NCBI GenBank assembly: GCA_028534125.1
Contig: CM052817.1
Span: forward strand, 50,036,001-50,100,000
Direction: 5' to 3'
Length of the DNA: 64,000 bases
DNA from: Lama glama
Taxonomy: Eukaryota
The notes under the pieces: model-generated
Databases searched by the model: none
Told to the model about the DNA's origin: nothing
What the model saw: the letters and a program-made list of their open reading frames with translations, nothing else
Shown here: in pieces, positions 13,601-27,300 of the stretch
Position numbering within the stretch: the stretch's first letter is position 1
How the letters are laid out: each line of letters begins with the position of its first letter
Program-made: the position numbers and the translations under genes

Positions 13601-16600
13601 TAATTTTTAAAAATTATAGTAAAATAGTATAACATAAAACTTATCATTTTAAACATTTTTAAGTGTACAGTTCTTTGGCACTAAGGACATTCACATTATT
13701 TTCTGTCACCACTAAGCATCCGCAGAACTTTTTCATCTTGCAAAGTTGACCTCTTTAAACTTCCACCCCCACCCTCCCAGCTTCTCGGAACTGTCATTCC
13801 ACTTTCTGTCTCTGAATTTGACTGCTCTAAATACCTCATGCCAGTAGAACTGTAAATTTTGTCTTTTTGCAACTGGCTTATTTCACTTAGCATAATGTCC
13901 TCAAGTTTCAGCCATGTTGTAGCATGTGTCAGTATTTCCTTCCTTTTTTTGTTTTGCTTTTGTTTTTTAATGTCATATGGTTTATTTTATCATCTTTTAA
14001 AATTTTTAGATCATAATTTTTAATTGAGGTATAGTTAGTTTACTACATTGTGTCAATTTCCTTCTTTTTTAAAGCTGAATAATATTTCACTCTGTATCAT
14101 ATTTTGTTTTATCCATTTATCCATTGATGGACATTTAGGTAGTTTCCACCTCTTGTCTTTTGTGAATAATGCTGCTATGAACACGGGTGTACAAATACTT
14201 CTTTGCTTTTAGTTCTTTTGGATATATATGCAAAAAAAGATCATATAGTAATTGTAGTTTTAATTTTTTGAGGAACCACCAAATGTCTTCCATACTGGCT
14301 GCATCATTTTACATTCCTACTAGCAATGCACAAGGATTCCGATTTTTCTGCATCCTCACCAGTACTTGTTATTTTCTTTCTTCTTTCCTTCCGTTCTTCC
14401 TTCCTCCTTCCCTTGCTCCCTCCTTCCTTCCTTCCTTCCCTCCTTCCTTCCTTTGTAATAGCCTTTGTAATAGCCAATCTAATGAGTGCAAAGTAGTATC
14501 TTCCTGTGGTTTTTATTTGCTCATCCTTATTGTTATTGGGGAATTTTAAAATTAAAGCAGTTAGGTACCACTACACAACTTTAAGAATGGCTAAAATCCA
14601 AAAAACTGGCTCTCTTTTGTAGCTCCTATTTCTTTGAGAGTGTCTGTGTTTTTATTTGTTTCAAGATAATTGAATGTTAAGATATTTTTATGGTGGTTAC
14701 TTTAAATAAATTTTTGTTAAATAATTCCAGCAACTGATTCATCTTGTCCGTTTTTGCTTCCATTGATCATGTATTCTTGTTCAGGTTCTGTTTTTTTTTC
14801 GGTTTTTTGGTGTGATGAGTCATTTTGATTACAGCCTCGACATTTAGCTTATAATGTTAAGGGACTATTGTATTTCAGTCTTTCGTTATAGCACATAGTA
14901 GCCCTGTTTTGGTTTAATGTGTAGGTTCTTACCTACTTTTGTCCTAACAGTGGTATTTTGGTTTGTTTCATTTTCTGATGCTACAGGGAATTCACCAATA
15001 TTGTCTGTTGTTGCTTAAGGCTTCAGGTTAGCAAATGTACCTTCTTCCTTCCAGCTTTCAGAATTCTGTTGTTGTTGTTTGTTTTAGTTGTATTTAAAGG
15101 GAAAAGCAGGAAGAAGTGAGTCTATATCATTTTGTTCCAGAACCAAAAGCCCTTTTTTGGCTGTATTTTAAATTTTTGATCTTTGCTTTTTAAGAGTATG
15201 AATCAGTATGAGAATGAGTTACTACTCAGCCATTCTACTTTTTCTTTGATATTTGAAGGTTGAGGGTTAAAAAATATATATATTCTCTTTATATAGCTAT
15301 AAGGATATATCTATCTATATATTCTCTTTATATGTATATATAAAGATATATCTATATATGCATCTGTTCTGTGTATGTGTAAGTATAAAATTGTGCTCAT
15401 CTAGCTGCCCTAGTTTACCTGACTCTTAACCTAAAGATTGAATCTCATAATTTCTCTAGGATTACTTCATTATTTTAGCATATATAGATTGATTCAAATC
15501 TTAAAAATGTTTTTTTTTTACTTATTGTGGTAAGAACATTTCACATGAAATTTACCCTCTCAACAAATTTTTAAGTGTACAGTAGAGTTTCATCATCTAT
15601 AGGCACAACATTGTACAGTAGATCACAAAAACTTAATCTTGTATAACTGAAACTTTATAGCCGTTAATTAGCAACTCCTTATTTCTCCCTCCTTCCAGCC
15701 TTTGGCAGCCACTATTCTAGTCTTTCCTTCCATGAGTTTGACTATATTAAAATCTTGAATAAATTTACTATGTTAATGAAATTGTGAATTTTCTATGTTT
15801 GAGGATTTTAGTCATTTCAAAACTATGGAACATGGACCAAATACACCTTTCAGTTAATTAATTCCATTAATTATAACTTCTAAAGTACTTACGCATTTTA
15901 ATCATAGATCTTTGATTATAAATTTAATGACCTGTGGTCTTTTGGAAGCTTTCTAATTGTTGCTGAATTTTAAAAAGCACATTCGGTTCTAATATTATTA
16001 TTTACAGAGTTTTTAATATCTTCATAATTTTCTTCTAGTTCAGGCCCATGAGGTTCATCAGAAAATTTTGGCAACTGATGTTCATCCTAAAACTACATCT
16101 GACTCAAGAAAAATGTCAAATAAAAAACTAAAAGATCATCACAATGAAGCTGATGAGGAATTTTACTTATCTATTGGTTCACCTTCTGGTCTTTTGGATG
16201 CAAAAGCACCTTTATTGCAAGAGGCTGTTCCGTCTGCTGCCCAAAAGAGAGAGACCTACACGTCTGAAAATTCAGTAAATATGCTGCCTTCAAGCACAGA
16301 GATTTCTCATAAAACCAAAAAAAGGTGAATTTTTATTTATTTAAAAAGTATCAATCTTACTGTAAAAATTTTACCTTTTATATTAAAAAGTGAGTAATTT
16401 AGGTTTATATATATGTGTGTGTATTTTTTTTTTTTTCTTTTTAGTGGAGGTACTGGGGATTGAACCCAGGACCTTGTGCATGCTAAATATGCACTCTACC
16501 ACCGAGCTGTACCCTCCCCTCTTAAGATTTTGCTATTCAAAGTGTGATCTGTGGCTCAGAATCAAGAGCAATGGCATTATCTAGAAGCCAGTTAGACATC

Positions 16601-18325
16601 TTTAATTCTTTTTTCTTCTTTTTTATTTTAATCTATTTATTTAGTGAAAGTATTGGGGATTGAACTCAGGACCTTGTGCAGCTTTGCCATTGAGCTATGC
16701 CTGTTTGAAATGTGGAGTCTCAAATCCTATGCTAGACCTACTGAATCAGAATCTACATTTTAATAAGATTCTCCATATGATTCAAATTCATGTTAAATGA
16801 TTCAAATTCATATTAAATGTTTGAGAACTAGTGCTCTAAGTTTTATGTATATATATATCTTTGTTACATGATTTAACCATTCTTTTTCTCTTATTTTTTT
16901 CTATTGACAAATACAAAATTTATTTTTTCTGAGCAATTTACAGTGTGTATCTTGTATAAGAGAAACACATTAGCATTTACAAATTTTGAATAACGGCCTG
17001 TTGGAAAATTCTTTAAATGGTTGTAGTCACTGTAAGAGAATTCAGGAAAACTCTTAACTCAGCAAGTGGTGGGAACATTCAGCATGTCTTCTTTTTAACC
17101 TTTTAGGTTAAACTTTGAAGATAAGGAAGTTTTGAAGAAAGTAGACATAGCAAATACAGTATCAGAAATAGAGGATAAAATACCAGAAGGATCACAAGAG
17201 AGTAAACAGTCAGGAACATCTCAAAAAAGAATACAAGATTCAAAATATGAAAATCAACCACAAGCTAGAAAGAGTTTTTCAACAATGTTTTTAGAAACTG
17301 TAAAAAAAAAAAGTGAATCCAGGTGAGTTATTAAGATACTGTGCACATTTTTCTTTCACATTGCATGAACAATATCTAAGGTTTTTAATGCTGTTTAACT
17401 AGAAGTTAATCATAATTGACACAATTTTTAACTGAAATTGTGCCTAACCCATAAGGAGAGTGTAGTTTCATACCAGTAAATTAATCCTGAAGCCATCATC
17501 TAATGGATACTAAATTAGATGTGAAAGATAATAAGTTTATTCAGCTTTCATTGCTTCTGCTCATCAGCAATTTCTAATATGTATGGTATCAAAGAATAAA
17601 GGCAGTATTTGGAAACAGAATTATGTCAGGGTGCCTGTATTTCACTATAAGGGTTTTAACTATTTTTTTCTATTTTTTTTGATTGTGTCAGTAAAAGGAT
17701 AGTCCTAAAGTAAGTTTTAATTTGTTCCCTACTTAAAAACCTTCAGTGGTTCCATAGTGTCCATATGGTGATTATTAACTGTGGTTGTACATTAAGAGTT
17801 AACTAGAATTCATGGCAGCTAAGGTTGAGAACCGCTGGTCTATAGAATAAACATCAGACTTGTCAGCTGGTATTTAAGGCCTTCACTGTCACTACTGAAC
17901 TGTTTCGACCAACTTGGTTACATACTTGGAGTTGTCCCGGCTTTGGCACACCTTTTTCTCTTGTTGTATGCCAATCTGTATTTTCTTCCAAGGGCCGTGG
18001 TAGGCTTCTGAATTTTTCCAAGTCCCACTCCAGTGTTTCTTAAAATAATTTCTTGCCTGTATTATAGTTTACCTCTTTTATGTATGTCTTTCTTAGTAAG
18101 TTAAGATACAAGCCCTTCTTTCCAGGAGTTTGGTTTCTTTTTTGTGATATCTAAAAGAATGCTAGTGAATATATTAGAAAGGTTTTATAAAAACATGATG
18201 AATGAAAATTCCTCTTTTGTTCAATCTCTTTTCCCATAGTTGACTCCTCCTCCCAACCCCCATTTCCCTCCTTCCTATCCTCCCTGTCCCTGTATGTGTG
18301 TGTGTATAACATCTGTGTATATATG

Positions 18326-18369
<44 letters not shown>

Positions 18370-21300
18370 TATATACATATGTGTGTGTATATATATGAAC
18401 ATCTTTTACTCCTTTTATGGATGTTGTCCCCACCATCAGATACAAATAGATTACACTTATGGGCTAATTATATCTATGTCCAAAAAAGTAAGTATTTAAA
18501 AAAAAATTTTTTTTTTCAAATGAGCTAGTGCATAAGTGTTTAATTTCTACAGCCAGATGTAACTACTCACTATTCCTGGTACTTTTTTGCTTCTTTGCTT
18601 TTACTTATGCTCTTTTACTGCCTTTCTTGCATTTCCTCATGACCAAATCATAGCCATCCTTTAAGATCCAACTCAAATACCACAGTCTTTCTTGATTTTT
18701 CCATCTAGCCAGAAGTCATCTTTCTGTATTCTGAATTTTAATAATGTTGTCTTGGTCCATTTGGGCTGCTATAACAGACCAACATAGTCTGGGTGTCTTA
18801 CTAACAATAGAAACTTATTTCTCACAGTGCTGGAGGCTGGGAAGTCCAAGATCAAGGCTCAAGTAGATTCAGTGTCTGGTGAGGCCTGCTTCCTGGTTCA
18901 GAGATGGCTGTCTTCTTGCTGTAACCTCAGATGGCAGAAGGCAGCCAGGGGGCTCTCTGGGGTCTCTTTTAGAAAGGTAGTAATTCCATTAATGAATATT
19001 ACACCCTCATGACCTAATCACTTCCTAAAGGCCCCACCCTCAAATACCATCACTTTGGGGATTAGGTTTCAGTTTATGAATTTTGGAGGTATGTAAACAT
19101 TTGATCTATAGTGTCAAGATTGTTTCCTAAGAATATCTATGGTTTGAATAACTTTGAAATTATAGAAGTCTCTTGAAGTAGAACAGAGGAGTGGATTTGG
19201 ACAGTTCTTGTTGGCTGGTTTGGGAAGGCTTTATTTTTAAATACTTAATATTACTTCTTTAATATATGGAATTTATAGATATTACAAATAATATACAATA
19301 AAACAAGTATATTTATAACATTTCTTTATATTGCTTTCTTTTAGATTTTCTAGTTTTCTAAGTATATAAACTTGTAAGGCTCTACCTATTAGAAGACTAT
19401 ATTTCTTAGCATATATGTATATGCATACATACTTACATTATAAAATTTACCAGGGGTTTGAGATTGAGATATTTTTATTTCATCTTTTTTTTGTATCTTA
19501 AAAAAGAGAAAAAAAAACTAGACATGGTAATCTAATTCTTCCTTTCTAGCATTTTTTCTGTTGTGTCTAAAAATAGTTATACATCCTTACTCAAGTGAAA
19601 AAGGCAGAAACAGGAGTACATATTCTAGCTTGTAACTGGGATGTGTTTATTTTTGCATATTCCACTCCAGTATGTGGTTTGCTCAAGGCTGTTGTCATAA
19701 AAAGGAAGGAAATACAAAATGAGTTCATCAGATTACCAACTTTTGAATAATTCCTTCCTTCTCTAGAAAGCTTTACCAACTAATTGGAAGAGGTGCTATG
19801 TAATCCCAGTGTTTACCTTTCTAGATACACTCCATTTATTGCTATACTCTGATTATAATATTAAAACACATATGAAAATTTCTGTGATTTATCAAACTTA
19901 AAATGAATTTTTACATAAAATAATCTATAATTTAGCAGTGTTTTCTTGGAATATTAGACTAGATGATGTCTCAGAAATAATCTTATTTTGGATGTGAAGA
20001 AATTCAGGCCTCAAGAGATATCTATACAAACACAAATGGCATACATTTTTGTACTGTCAGTCAGTGTATCTGGGCTACCTCTAGGTTTCATCTGTTTAGT
20101 ATATGTAATGAGTGGAGGAACATCAAATTAGTTGATATCTAGGCTTCCTTCCAGCTCTAAATTTCTGTGATCACATTAGTTTATAAATGAATGTGCTCAG
20201 GTATTATAGAAATGTAAAAGGAGGGAGTGATTTTAAAAGATAACGAGAAATGAGGAAATGTGAACTGCTCTTTAAAGCAAAGGTAAAAGCTTTACTTTTT
20301 TTGAGCTATTATTTATTATAACATTTTGTTTTAGTTCTGTTGTTAGGCATATAGCAACTGCTCCACCTCACTTATCTCCTACAAATAATACGAAGTTATT
20401 AGAAGATGAATTTATAATTGATGAATCAGATAAAAGTTTTGCCAATGAGTCTTGGATTACTATACCAAGAAAGGCTGGGCCTCTGAAACAACACACAGTA
20501 TCCCCTGCTGAGAGCACTGCACCCCTTCAGAGGAAGAAGTCAAGAGAAAAACATGACAATGTATCATCTGCAACTTTCACAAGTAACAAACATTCTGGCA
20601 AAGCTCACTCAGTAGAGAAATCTCAGCCCTCTGAACAAAAAATACTGGGTAAGAGTTGTGCTTTGACGGATGAAATGGAAAATAATTGCAAATCTACAAA
20701 ATATGAAATGTATCCTGAGAACGCAAAAAAATCATCTGGAAACAAAAGGACTGTAAAACAAAAACAGGGAAGAAAATTTAAGGCCAGTGTAGTTGAAGAA
20801 CAAGTTGTTATGGAACAGTCTAAAGATAAAAATATAAATATATCACGTGTTGCTCAAGACAAGTTACAAAGAAATTCAGACCGAAATACAGAAGAGTGTG
20901 GAGAGAGAAATGTTCCAATTTCCCCAAAACAGTTGCTACCTGTGGGTAAGTTTATATTAAGTATAGCTATGAATATTATTCCACCACTTTGTGTTTTTGT
21001 AATATTCCTATTTTGCTTTGGGAAGTAGGCAGAGTAAACTTAATTCTATAAAGAGCCTCAAATGCCTACAGACTCTTCTCTAGAATCTCTTTATTTTACA
21101 TTGTAATTCCAATTTACAATTCCAGGTCACTTGATTTTTTTGCGTAGCTTTTAAGACAGCAGCATATATAAGGGGAGAAGTGAAAGGCAAAAGCTTAGTA
21201 AACCAGATAGTTACCAGAACACATCATATATTCTTGAGGGTTATTAAAATATAAATTGGGAAAAAGTCTCAGGTGGTGGGGCTAGTTCTTGCAGATAAAA

Positions 21301-24300
21301 ATTCATACTCTTCTATTCCATTATTTACTCATTTATCTAATAGTCGTTAAATGTCCGGCACTGTAGTAGCCTCTGAAATTACAAAGATTACTAATGCACA
21401 TTTTCATCATTAAAAAAGATCAATCTGGTGGAGTCTGTAGACCAGCATATAAATATACATCCACAGGATGATAACGGAAGCATGGAGAATAATCATATAA
21501 TTAATATCTTAATAAATCTTTTTATCTTGGGTTATTATGTCATTTATCATCCCAACTAGGACACATGAGAATAGGGGAGGATGTCAGGACAGTCAGGATT
21601 GTCCCAGATGTACGTGAAGTATGGCCACCCTCCTTATGTCATCACTGTATAGTGATTGAGGTTTGTAATGATGACACTATCATGAAGAAAAGATCAATTT
21701 GTGCTGTTTGTATCACTTTGTAAGTAACAGAGAGAAAAGAGAGTTTTTACAAAAAGAATCTTCTCCAGAATAGTTAATGGAATATAAAACACTCATTTTG
21801 TTTACTTTATTATTACCTTATATGTGTGTAATATAATTTAATCCTTCTTAACAATACTATAAGATAGGAGATAACACTCAAAAGAAATTAAATATTGGTC
21901 GAGGATGTGTCCCAACGTAGAGCTCATATTTTTTCAGTTCTATCAAAAAGTTTTGAAATAAGTGAAAATATTGTTGATTCTCAAATGGAAAAACTGTTAG
22001 CTAATGGGAAAACTTTCTTGGGCAGAATTATATATTTGCCTGAAGGTTCTAAATGACTATACTCTATTGCTAATATAGAGGGGAGAGAGAGTATATTAAA
22101 GCACAATACCTAAGCTAGCTTTTATAAAATTAAATTCCTCTTTAATATAGGTTATCATTTACTCAGTTATTTTAGCTTTCATTTTATATAGTAACATAGA
22201 CTTTATATCACCTGAAATAATAATAGTTTTCACACTCCACATTTTCAGACTTTGTATGTGTCTTTGTGTATTTGATAAATTCTACTTAGAATAGAAGGAA
22301 AAATGATCTATTTTGTAGTCTTCTTTTGTAAATGTCAGATATGTCCCACATTTTTTTTTATTAGAATTCTTTTTTCTTTTCCTTTCTTTTTCTTTTTGCT
22401 TCATTCTGTTTCTAATTAGCTGTTGGTTGTTTTAAGAAGATACAGCATAAATAATCCAGCTGAATGGAGAGTGATAGTTAACATTACAAGAAAGCTGTTT
22501 TCTTACTAGTTCCTTAAGTAGAATATGAATTCACAAAGTTTGAAGGTACAAAATTTTGGCTTATCCATAATTTCTTAGGAAAAACATTATATCAAGGAAG
22601 TATCTTAAGTTATGAAGTTATATATATTATGTATTAAAGTTATAAAGTCTCTTAAATTATAAATGTTAAACATTTATTAAGTACCTGCTATATTTTGCAC
22701 ACTAATTTTTGTGTATATTAAAATTTTCTTTATCTAGATTGGTTAGTGAATATAGCATTCTAATTAGTTAACATACCAATTGTATTAATTTTCTTTTGCT
22801 GTCTTTAACAACTTACTACATACTCAGTGACTTAAAACAACACACATTTATTATCTTATATTTCCGTGAGTCAGGAGTCTTAAATGGATCTTACTGGGTT
22901 AAAATCAAGGTGTTGACAAGGTTTTTGTTCCTTTTAGGAGAGAATCTGTTTCCCTGCTTTTTCCAGCTTCTTGAAGTCACCTATGTTCCTTAAATCCTGG
23001 TTCCCCTCAAAACCAGCAGTGCCAGCCTTCTCATCTTTCAAATTTCTCCTGCCTCTTTTTCCATCATCCTGTCTCTCTCCCTCTGCCCACAGCTTTTAGG
23101 GACACTTGTAATTGTATTGGGCCATCCTGGATAATCCAGGATAATCTCCCTGTCTTAAGGGTTATAGCCTTAATCATATCTCTGAAGTCTCTTCCCATCT
23201 AAGATAGTATTTTCACAGATTTTGTGATTAGGGTGAATACATCTTTGGGAGGCCATTACTGACAACGGTATCAGTTGTCAAAGACTAAAGATGGAGATAA
23301 GTTAATTTCAAAGAAATTTTTTTACTCTGAAGATAATTTTCCTTTAATTAACAGGGCACTTGACATACTTGTAATGCCTAAACTGATGACTTAGATTGAG
23401 CAAATAGACTTTTCCACTTTTGTTGTCTCACATACTTCTCAAACTGATCATATTGGAAACTAAATTCCTCCAAACTTGTTCCTCCTCTAGTTTTCAGTAT
23501 CTTCATAAATGGAGCCATAATGAATCTATTAGCTTAAGAAAGAAATCTAATTCATCCTTAACTCCTGTTTCCTTTACCTAGCAACCCATATAAAATCAAT
23601 AAGTCTTTTGACTTCTCCCTAAGTAGCTTTCAAATATATTACTTTTCTCCATTCCTCCTGCTACTCCCCTTAGCCAACTATAGAGTAGTTTATTTCTTGG
23701 ATTATTGTAGCAGTTTATGCACATACCCTCTTGCTTTTGTCTCCCTCTGCAGATGTATCTTCTGGGTTGCTTTGTAATGAATTTTTTCCAGTTCCATAAA
23801 CAGACCACTTTCTCAACTGTGGGCCTTTTAATATGCACTTCCTTTTGCTTAGAAAATTTTTCCTAAATTCCCTGGGTTCCCTACCAAGCTTTATACTCAG
23901 TATAAATAGCACTTTTCTTGATTAATATCCCTCAACCCTGTGTGTTCCTGAGTATGCTTCAATAGCACTCTTCATTTTACCATATAATTACTTGCTGAGT
24001 ATGTCTTGTATTCTAGAGTCTAGACTGAAATCTCTATGAGAATAGGGACTGTATCTATGCTATTCCTAAAGTAGTCCGCAGATCTTAGCCTTAGTAGTTT
24101 TGTGGGTAACTAAAATATATTATCAACAGTGACAGAAATATTACTCTATTTTGGATAAATACTTTATTGTGTGTATTAAAACATGCCTCATCTTCAGAAT
24201 CCTACTCCTTTACATGTAAATACATAAAATTTTCTACAGTAATCACTTATTTTTTTTCTAACTATTGCTGTGCTTATGACATATATCCCCTCAGTTTTAA

Positions 24301-27300
24301 CTCTCTTCACATAACCAGCTGTTTCATGTATCAGTTTTGTATTCTATATATGTTCCTGTTTATTAGTTTTCTAAGTTCATTGTCATTCAGTTTCTAACCT
24401 TTCCTGATCTAGAACTAGATTCTGAAATGGTGTTCTTAATTGTTCTGTTTTTCACTTTGTATGATTCTTTTTTTCTGTAACATGGTCCAAATCTTTGATA
24501 ATAGCATTTTCCCTTGAATTCTTTTGCCCTAAATCATTGTTCACATTGTTTTTTTTCTGTTTTTTTTTAAATCGATTCATGAACATGGATAGTAACCTCT
24601 GTCATCCTGAGTCCCTTTCATTTGTTAGAGCAGTTTCTGAGGATATTTTTGACAAACATAAGGGAAGAAAAAAAGGGAACAAACAGAAGAAAAGGAGTTG
24701 GAGAAGAGAGATGAGGGTGGAGATGTAGGGGGCAGAAAAATGCTACTTGTCAGTGAAGATTCTTGCTGTTGTACAGGTACTTACTTAAACTACTGCTTAG
24801 TGGCAGACACATTCAAAGTTCTTATCCTTGCTTTAGTGTTTTATAAATTTGACTCTTTATTATCTTCTATATCCATTCCCTAAAAGATCTTACTTACTGT
24901 CAGATTTATGCTTTGTAGTGACTCTTTAAGTGTCTCCCATTCTCACCACTTCCAAAATATTGGTTGATACTGTTATTAAGCACAATATTGGTAAAGTAGA
25001 TTATATTTTCTTTTTCTCAAGGTTTTTGTACCTGGCTCAGTATAATTAAGGCTAATATTCTTCTTTTACTCTTTTAATAAGCATAAATTAGTTCTCTTTA
25101 TCAGCATGAATCAGTTCTCTTTATCCCAAATTTAAAGTATTGACAAATCCTATAACTTATTCTCAAAATAGAGTCAGAGAGTGATGCTGCTTTATGGGAT
25201 CTTGACAGAATTTGCTTCATTTCATTCTCTGTCCCTTTACTCCCCAATCAAATTTAACTGGGAGAATGACTAAGCACTTAGAACAGTGCTTTTCATACTT
25301 GCATGTGCTTTTGGATTCTCTTGAGAGTCTTGTTAAAATACTGATAAATAAGCTGATTAAGTATGTCTGGAGTGAGATCCAAGATCTTTATTTCTAAACA
25401 TTCTATCCCAGGTGATGCTGATATAACTGGTTTGTGAACCACATTTTGGGTGTCACAATTTAGATGAGCATCTAAAATAGCTTATGCTAGGTAGCAATTT
25501 TGCTGTTATCATTGCCTAGTGAAATACAGGCTTCACCCTAAATTCATTATTTTGATGATTTTTTATTGAGAGCCTGTGCACCATACACAATATTATATGC
25601 TGTAGGTAATAAAGATGACTAAGGTGCAGTTTTCATTCTGCCTAATTAAGCACTGGTTAATACCTGATGCTGTAATATTCTGGTTCTCTGCCATGTTTCT
25701 TTGTTTGATTTACTTTTGTGTCTTCTTGATTACTTTTCCACATTTCATCTATAAATTTTGGTGACTATCTCCATATTCCCCAAGTTGATTTTCTGTCTGG
25801 ATGATCTATCCATTGATTTAAATGGGATGCAAAGTTCCCTATATTACTGTTACTGTCAGTTTCTTCCTTTATATCCATTAATATTTCCTTTACATATTTA
25901 GGTGCACCTGTGTTGGATGCATATATATTTACAGTTGGTATGTCTTCTTGGATTGACCTCTTGATCATTATATAATGTTCTTTGTTTCTTGTTACAGTTT
26001 TTGTTTTAGAGTCTATTTTGTCTGAAATAAGTATTGCTACCCCAGCTTTCTTTTGATTTCCATTTGCATGGAATACCTTTTTTCTGTCCCCTCACTTTCA
26101 GTCTGTGTCTCTCTTTAGATCTGAAGTGTGAGTCTCTTGTAGGTAGCATCTGCATGGGTCTTGTTTTTGTATCTATTTAGTAACTCTGTTTCTTTTGATT
26201 GGAGCATTTAATTCATTTACATTTAGAGTAATTATTGATAGTATTTACTTACTGCATTTTGTTAATTTTTTTTTGGCTTGTTTTAGTAGATATTTTATGT
26301 TCCTTCTTTTGCTCTCTTCCCTTGTGATTTGATGACTATCTTTAGTGTTACGTTTGGATTCTTTTCTCCTTTTTGTGTGTGTACCTGTTATGGATTTTTG
26401 GCTTGTGGTTAACATGAGGTTTATGTATAGCAATCTCCCTCTCTTCCTCTCTCTCTGTACACACATACACACACACAATTATTTTAAGTTACTGATCTCT
26501 TAAGTTTGAATGCATCTTAACAGCAGGTCATTTTCACTCCTCCTTCACCATATTTAAAAATTTTTGACATCATGTGTGCAGTATTTATACCTTAACTACT
26601 TGAGGATGTAGATAATTTACTACTTTTGTCTTTTAACCTTTCTACTACTATTATGAGTGGTTGATCTAGAATCTTTATTGTATATTTGCCTTTATCAATG
26701 AGATTTTTCCCTTCATAATTTTTATATTCCTAATTGTGGTCTTTTCTACTTAGAGAAGTCTCTTTAACACTTGTTGTGAAGTTGATTTCATGGTGCTGAA
26801 CTCTTAGCTTTTGCTTGTCTATAAAACTCATTCAAATCTGAATGATAGCCTTGCTGGATAGAATCTTAGTTGTAGCTTTTTTCCCTTTTGTAGTTTTAAA
26901 TGTATTCTACTAATCTACTGTTGATTCCTTTTAACATATTTTTTATTTTAGTTATTGTATTCTTCAGTTCTGGTCCTTCTTTATATTTTCTAAGTCTTTG
27001 CTAGAAACTTCTAATTTCTCAGTGTGTTCGTTCATTCATCTTAGTTCTTTGAGCATCTTTATTAAGATCATTATCTTCAACTCTTTTTGGGTAGATTGCT
27101 TATCACCACTTCAGTTAATTTTTCTAAGGTTTTGCCTTGTTCCTTTGTTTAGAACATATTCCTCTGTCACCTCATTTTGTTAATTCTCTTTTTATTTCTG
27201 TGTGTTTGGTAGGTTGGTTACGTTTCCGATCTTGGATTAGTGGCTTTCTATAGGAGGTGTCCAGTGCACTCCCCTCTGGTCACCAGATCTGTATGCTCTA

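Noticed and set aside
18151..18499. ORFs with CV/YI/HT repeats
   Set aside because: Translation artefacts of a dinucleotide microsatellite
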